Part shown: piece after piece, positions 33,445 to 38,318 of the stretch
Position numbering within the stretch: position 1 is the stretch's first letter
Layout of the letters: each line of letters opens with the position of its first letter
Assembly: GCA_003563375.1 (NCBI GenBank)
Contig: PWSB01000237.1
Location: 1-38,318, forward strand
Source of the DNA: Actinomycetota bacterium
GTDB lineage: Bacteria; Actinomycetota; Humimicrobiia; Humimicrobiales; Humimicrobiaceae
Direction: 5' to 3'
DNA length: 38,318 nucleotides
Made by a program: the position numbers and the translations under genes
The notes under the pieces: model-generated
What the model was told of the DNA's origin: nothing
The model's input: the letters and a program-made list of their open reading frames with translations, nothing else
Databases searched by the model: none

Positions 33445-33477
33445 TTGATAATTAAGCAATTTAAAAAGAGGTTGGAA

Positions 33478-34587
33478 ATGAAAATAGAGACCACCAGGGG
33501 CAATCTGTTAGATGCAGTACTTTTTACTAGCCGGATAATTTCTTCTAAACCCACAAATTACATCCTAAACGGGATAATGCTTGATGCTGATAAAGCACTT
33601 AAGATCCACAGTACAGACCTTGAGACAAATATTGAAAAAAATATTAAGGTAAATGTCCTTGAAAAAGGCAAAATTGTTGTCCCATCCAAGATATTTATAA
33701 ATATCTTAAAAAATTTCCCGGAAGCAAAGGTGGTACTTGAACTGAATAAGGAAACAAACCAACTTAGAATCACCTGCCAAAAAGCAGTATTTACCTTAAA
33801 CCTGTTTCCTTTGCAAGAATTTCCAAATTTTCCAGAGATTAAAAAGGATAATGTCTTTGAGATACCTATAAATAAATTTAAAAGCCTGATAGATAAAATC
33901 CAGAGGTCAATTTCTGCAGACGAAGGAAGAATAATACTTACCGGGGTTTTATGCAGCATAGGCAAAAATAAAATAACCATGATATCTACCGACAGCTACA
34001 GGCTTTCTTACATCCAAGAGGAAATAGAATTTGAAAACGGAAGCCATTCGGTAGTAATCCCCGGCAAAACACTTGACAATATCTTAAAGCTTGGAACAGA
34101 AAACCAACCGCTGGAGATAAACATAGAGCCAAACCAGGTAAGTTTTGGAATAAAAGACGAAGACGGCCAAGAAACACTGATAACCTCCAGGCTGCTTTCA
34201 GGCAAATTCCCGGAATACAGCCAGCTGCTTCCCAAAAACATACAGCATAATATTGTATTAGAAAAAGAAAAAATACTAGAGGTGGTGAAGAGAATCTCTT
34301 CTATTTCCCATGAAAATCTGCCAATAAAAATGAAGGCCGGTTCAGGGAAGATAGTTGTTTCCATGGATATAAAAGAGGTGGGAAGCGCAAGTGAAGAATT
34401 TGAAGTAGCCTATGGGGAAGAGGAAATAGACATAGCTTTCAATCCCCATTTTCTTGTGGATGGAATAAACACTATAGAAGGAAAAAACCTGATACTGAGC
34501 ATAGAGGAGACCTTAAAACCGGTCCTTTTAAAACCCGACGGGAGAGAAAACTTTTTTTACCTTCTCATGCCCATAAGGATATCTTAA
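33478..34587 (+). CDS. dnaN: DNA polymerase III beta sliding clamp
   Basis: MKIETTRGNLLDAV...ITMISTDSYRLS...LLMPIRI is typical of DnaN. The ATG at 33478 with an AAGAGG SD is preferred over the track TTG at 33445. Confidence 0.93.
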   Translation: MKIETTRGNLLDAVLFTSRIISSKPTNYILNGIMLDADKALKIHSTDLETNIEKNIKVNVLEKGKIVVPSKIFINILKNFPEAKVVLELNKETNQLRITCQKAVFTLNLFPLQEFPNFPEIKKDNVFEIPINKFKSLIDKIQRSISADEGRIILTGVLCSIGKNKITMISTDSYRLSYIQEEIEFENGSHSVVIPGKTLDNILKLGTENQPLEINIEPNQVSFGIKDEDGQETLITSRLLSGKFPEYSQLLPKNIQHNIVLEKEKILEVVKRISSISHENLPIKMKAGSGKIVVSMDIKEVGSASEEFEVAYGEEEIDIAFNPHFLVDGINTIEGKNLILSIEETLKPVLLKPDGRENFFYLLMPIRIS

Positions 34588-34595
34588 GGAATAAA

Positions 34596-35501
34596 ATGGA
34601 ACCTATTAATGTATCAATCATAGGAGCCGGCAGGGTTGGTTCGACCATTGCCTATGTATTAAAAAAGTCAAAAAATGAAAATATAATTCTAGGGTGTATC
34701 GGCAGCAGGACAAAAGATTCCCTTGATAGTGCAAAAAGGCTCCTCGGCCCGGAAAGCAATGATATTATATTTACCACAGACCTAATCGAATGTGCCGGGG
34801 CAGCTGACTGTCTGCTTTTGGCTACACCAGATGATTCTATTGAAAAAGTAACAGTTGGTATTTTTAGTAAAATCAAAAAATATCATCAAAAATATGTTAT
34901 CCATTTCAGCGGATCAAAATCATTGAAAGTTCTGCAAAAAGCTAAGGAGGCAGGAGCTTTGACAGGCTGTATGCATCCGGTAAAATCTTTTGCTTCCGTC
35001 AAGGAAGCTGTTAAGACCATAAAGGGCACTGTATTTGGAATAACCTACAACGACAGCAAAGTAAAGGAATTGATGAGTGCATTCATTGAAATAATGGAGG
35101 GCAGTTCCATAGAGGTGGCTGACCAAAAAAAACCCATCTATCATGCAGCCTGCTGCGTGGCTTCAAATTATTTGGTGGCCTTGATGGATTATGCAGCAGA
35201 CCTTAACAGGGCAATCGGGATAAAGCCCCAAGATTCGGTCAGAGCCTTGATGGGCCTAGTGGGAGGGACTGTTGATAACATAAAGAAAATGGGTACAAAA
35301 AAATCTTTGACCGGCCCTATTGCAAGAGGTGATGTGGGCACCATAGAAGAACATTTAGAAAACTTTGAAGAAAATGATATAGACCAGAAGATTTATAGGA
35401 CCATGGGAATAAAGACTTCGCAGATTGCCTACCAGAATGGCTGGATAGAGAAAAAAGTTTATCAAAACCTAATTAAAATATTGGAGGCCGACAATAAATG
35501 A
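34596..35501 (+). CDS. Rossmann-fold + DUF2520-type oxidoreductase (candidate ketopantoate reductase)
   Basis: It has IIGAGRVGS dinucleotide-binding motif and the C-terminal blocks [15 protein letters not shown] and LTGPIARGD, typical of DUF2520. It shares an ATGA overlap with panB. Confidence 0.65.
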   Translation: MEPINVSIIGAGRVGSTIAYVLKKSKNENIILGCIGSRTKDSLDSAKRLLGPESNDIIFTTDLIECAGAADCLLLATPDDSIEKVTVGIFSKIKKYHQKYVIHFSGSKSLKVLQKAKEAGALTGCMHPVKSFASVKEAVKTIKGTVFGITYNDSKVKELMSAFIEIMEGSSIEVADQKKPIYHAACCVASNYLVALMDYAADLNRAIGIKPQDSVRALMGLVGGTVDNIKKMGTKKSLTGPIARGDVGTIEEHLENFEENDIDQKIYRTMGIKTSQIAYQNGWIEKKVYQNLIKILEADNK

Positions 35502-36301
35502 AACCAAAAAAAATTACCGTAAACACATTGATGGAAATGAAAAAAAATGGTGAAAAGATAACCATGCTTACTGCATATGACTATTTGATGGCCTCCCTTT
35601 TGGATCAAAGCGGTATCGAGGTAATATTAGTCGGGGATTCTCTGGGAAATGTAGTTTTAGGGTATGAAAACACATTACCGGTCACCATGGATGACATGGT
35701 ACACCATTGCAGCTCGGTAACCCGAGGCGCCAAGAATGCAATGGTAGTAGGAGATATGCCTTTTATGTCCTATCAGGTAAGCCCCGAACAGGCAGTCGAA
35801 AATGCAGGATGGCTCTTAAAAGAAAGCGGGGTACAGGCCATCAAGCTTGAAGGAGGGGACGAGGTTTTAGAGAGCATAAAAAAAATTGTAAAAGCAGGGA
35901 TCCCGGTTATGGGACATCTGGGACTGACACCGCAATCCATAAACAAGTTTGGGGGATACGGGGTTAGGGGAGAAGCTGAAGAAGAAGCAAAAGCTATGAT
36001 CACCGATGCAAAACGCCTTGAGGCCGCTGGAGCGTTTTCTATTGTCCTTGAAAAAGTTCCTGCAGGGCTGGCAAAAGAGATAACCCAGAACTTGGCCATT
36101 CCGACCATAGGCATAGGCGCAGGCGCCGATTGCGATGGTCAGGTATTGGTGACCCATGACATGCTGGGGATGTTTGAAAAGTTTAAGCCAAAGTTCTCTA
36201 AAAGATATGCAGAAATGGCAAAGGACATGAAAAAATGCTACAAACAATACATAAACGAGGTAAAGGATAAGAAATTCCCCACAGAAGACTATTCTTTTTG
36301 A
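35498..36301 (+). CDS. panB: 3-methyl-2-oxobutanoate hydroxymethyltransferase
   Basis: It has [27 protein letters not shown] and VKLEGG, the PanB signature blocks. Confidence 0.95.
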   Translation: MKPKKITVNTLMEMKKNGEKITMLTAYDYLMASLLDQSGIEVILVGDSLGNVVLGYENTLPVTMDDMVHHCSSVTRGAKNAMVVGDMPFMSYQVSPEQAVENAGWLLKESGVQAIKLEGGDEVLESIKKIVKAGIPVMGHLGLTPQSINKFGGYGVRGEAEEEAKAMITDAKRLEAAGAFSIVLEKVPAGLAKEITQNLAIPTIGIGAGADCDGQVLVTHDMLGMFEKFKPKFSKRYAEMAKDMKKCYKQYINEVKDKKFPTEDYSF

Positions 36302-36302
36302 C

Positions 36303-37157
36303 ATGAAAGTAATTACCGGTATAGACCAAACCAAAAAAATTGTAAGCCTTATCAAGGAAAAAAAACTAACCATAGCATTGGTCCCCACCATGGGCTACCT
36401 CCACCAGGGCCATCTTAGCCTGATGAGGGAGGCTAAAAAAAAGGCAGATTTACTTTTTATAAGTATATTTGTCAACCCTGCCCAGTTCGGTCCATCAGAG
36501 GATTTTGAAAAATATCCCAGGGATTTTAACAGGGACCGCAGACTTGCTGAACAGGAAGGGGTTAGCTATATATTCCATCCTGACGCCCAGGAGATGTACG
36601 GCGGGGATTTTAAGACTTTTGTCCAGGTAGAAGAACTGGATTCTATAATGTGCGGCCAGAGAAGGCCAGGCCACTTTAGGGGAGTATGTACGGTAGTATT
36701 GAAGCTTTTTAATATTATTAAGCCCGATATTGCAGTTTTTGGCCAAAAAGATTATCAACAGCTGGCTATATTGAAAAAAATGAGCAAGGATTTGAACCTG
36801 GATGTTAAAATATCAGCTATAGAGACAGTTCGGGAAAATGATGGACTGGCAGTAAGTTCCAGGAACAAGTATCTGGACCCTAGACAAAGAGAGAATGCTC
36901 CAGTGCTTTATAAAAGCCTCAAAGCTGCAGAAGAAGCACTGAGGAAGGGCTTTGGGATCCAGAGGGCCGAAAAGGAGGCATGCAGGTTGCTGGAGGCCAA
37001 TGATTTTGTAAAGGGGATTGACTATCTTGATATCAGGGATGCCCGGACCCTGGGCCCTGTCTTAGATAAAAAAAACAAAAGTGATATACTTATTGCTGGA
37101 GCCATACAGATAGGGGATACCCGATTGATAGATAATATAATATACAGGAGAAGTTAA
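36303..37157 (+). CDS. panC: Pantoate--beta-alanine ligase
   Basis: It has VPTMGYLHQGHLSLM (HIGH-like), FVNPAQF, FGQKDYQQ and SSRN. Confidence 0.95.
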   Translation: MKVITGIDQTKKIVSLIKEKKLTIALVPTMGYLHQGHLSLMREAKKKADLLFISIFVNPAQFGPSEDFEKYPRDFNRDRRLAEQEGVSYIFHPDAQEMYGGDFKTFVQVEELDSIMCGQRRPGHFRGVCTVVLKLFNIIKPDIAVFGQKDYQQLAILKKMSKDLNLDVKISAIETVRENDGLAVSSRNKYLDPRQRENAPVLYKSLKAAEEALRKGFGIQRAEKEACRLLEANDFVKGIDYLDIRDARTLGPVLDKKNKSDILIAGAIQIGDTRLIDNIIYRRS

Positions 37158-37160
37158 GAT

Positions 37161-37544
37161 TTGAATATAACCATATTAAAAAGCAAGATCCACAGAGCCA
37201 AGGTAACAGGTGCGCACATCCATTATATGGGGAGCATAACCATTGACCCCAAGATAATGAAACGTGCTGATATCCTGCCTTATGAGCAGGTCATGGTAGT
37301 GAGCCTAGACAGCGGTGAGAGGCTTGTCACCTATGCCATAGAAGGAGAGAGGGGCAGCAGGCAGATCTGTTTAAACGGCGCTGCAGCCAGAAAGATAATG
37401 GAAGGGGACAGGATAATAATCATGTCCTTTGCTTCAATAGAAGAAGACAAGGCAGCAGGACATAAGCCTAAAATAATAATCTTGGACGAAGAAAACCAGA
37501 TCATAGACCAAGAATACCATCTTGATGACAATGACCAGTGTTAA
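37161..37544 (+). CDS. panD: Aspartate 1-decarboxylase (pyruvoyl-dependent)
   Basis: KSKIHRAKVT and YMGSITID include the Gly-Ser self-cleavage site. The start codon is TTG. Confidence 0.93.
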   Translation: MNITILKSKIHRAKVTGAHIHYMGSITIDPKIMKRADILPYEQVMVVSLDSGERLVTYAIEGERGSRQICLNGAAARKIMEGDRIIIMSFASIEEDKAAGHKPKIIILDEENQIIDQEYHLDDNDQC

Positions 37545-38318
37545 AATCATTTCCCTAATTTTTTTTATAATCTGTTCAGCCTTCATTTTTTCATGCACAA
37601 ATGAAGCTGACACACAAAATGTAGATAAAGTACCGGAGAGGCAGCACGAACCCCTTTATTATTTTGACCATACAGTCATAGATATAGAAAAGACTGATGG
37701 TCTGGATTTGAGGTTTAAAAATCTAAACCTTGTCCTTGATATGTACGGCAACCTTATATTGATGGGAGAGATCGAAAACAAATCCCCTATAGCCAAACAG
37801 GACATAACACTCACCTTTGATTTTTTTGGCAGCCACGGCCAAAATATTTTTTCCATGGAAAAACGCAGCAAAATAAGGTATTTGTTAAGCGGCCAAACTA
37901 AACCCTTCCGCCAGATAGTTGACGAAAAAGACAGGTATATAGACATAGATGCTGTAAAAGTAGGGGTAAACTTCAAAAATTACAATGACCGCCCCAGGGG
38001 GAATGCGGTAGTAGAACAGGAGAGATTTTATTATAACGGAAGGTATCTTGTAATCGAGGGCCAGGTGGCAAATCTTGGTATGCGAAAGATAGAAGACATT
38101 GTATTGCTGGCTACGTTTTATGATTACCAGAACAGGGTGGTATTTATAAGGGAGTGTTACCTGCCCCTAAATGAACTAGGTCCCCAGGAAAGGCAGCCAT
38201 ATGAATTAAAAATATTATTAGATCCATATCTTCCTGATTTTACTAGCTACAGTTTTTCTGTGTTCTTCAAGGATACGATAAGTATTGAGCCCGAGCTTGA
38301 CTTGGATGATGAAATAGG
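37531..38318 (+). CDS. Putative secreted protein or lipoprotein, partial (runs off the right edge)
   Basis: My translation is open for 262 codons to the window end. It begins MTSVKIISLIFFIICSAFIFSCTNEAD..., a signal peptide with Cys at position 22. The start overlaps the panD end, and in-frame ATGs lie at 37525 and 37531. It is missing from the track because it has no stop. Confidence 0.6.
   Translation, partial: MTSVKIISLIFFIICSAFIFSCTNEADTQNVDKVPERQHEPLYYFDHTVIDIEKTDGLDLRFKNLNLVLDMYGNLILMGEIENKSPIAKQDITLTFDFFGSHGQNIFSMEKRSKIRYLLSGQTKPFRQIVDEKDRYIDIDAVKVGVNFKNYNDRPRGNAVVEQERFYYNGRYLVIEGQVANLGMRKIEDIVLLATFYDYQNRVVFIRECYLPLNELGPQERQPYELKILLDPYLPDFTSYSFSVFFKDTISIEPELDLDDEI

Overview
This window is the replication-origin neighbourhood of a low-GC bacterial chromosome. 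The core is rpmH-rnpA-yidD-yidC-jag-mnmE-mnmG-mnmG-rsmG-parA-parB-lipA on the minus strand, diverging from dnaA-dnaN-(DUF2520)-panB-panC-panD on the plus strand. DnaA-box clusters lie upstream of the dnaA operon and between dnaA and dnaN, and the second cluster is followed by an AT-rich stretch. This looks like a bipartite oriC. The left half carries housekeeping and accessory metabolism: larC/larE, an MFS transporter, four consecutive xylose-isomerase-like TIM-barrel genes with PHP and IMPase-family phosphatases, a cysteine desulfurase, nadE, an atypical OmpR-type regulator, glnA, a class II aldolase, an Rrf2 regulator and metX/metW. I recognised no rRNA, tRNA, CRISPR array, transposase or integrase. 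Points worth a second look: (1) two divergent full-length mnmG paralogs in tandem, each preceded by an identical perfect parS palindrome, one of which lies inside coding sequence; (2) a GHKL-ATPase/winged-helix gene between the DnaA boxes and dnaA, apparently the first gene of the dnaA operon; (3) the TIM-barrel array with phosphatases but no kinase or dehydrogenase; (4) a 41-codon ammonium-transporter remnant upstream of glnA; (5) nadE with no canonical start codon; (6) lipA with a translationally coupled hypothetical/DUF123 nuclease-like pair at the end of the ori-proximal gene string. All protein calls rest on motifs read by eye from the translations. No database search was run.
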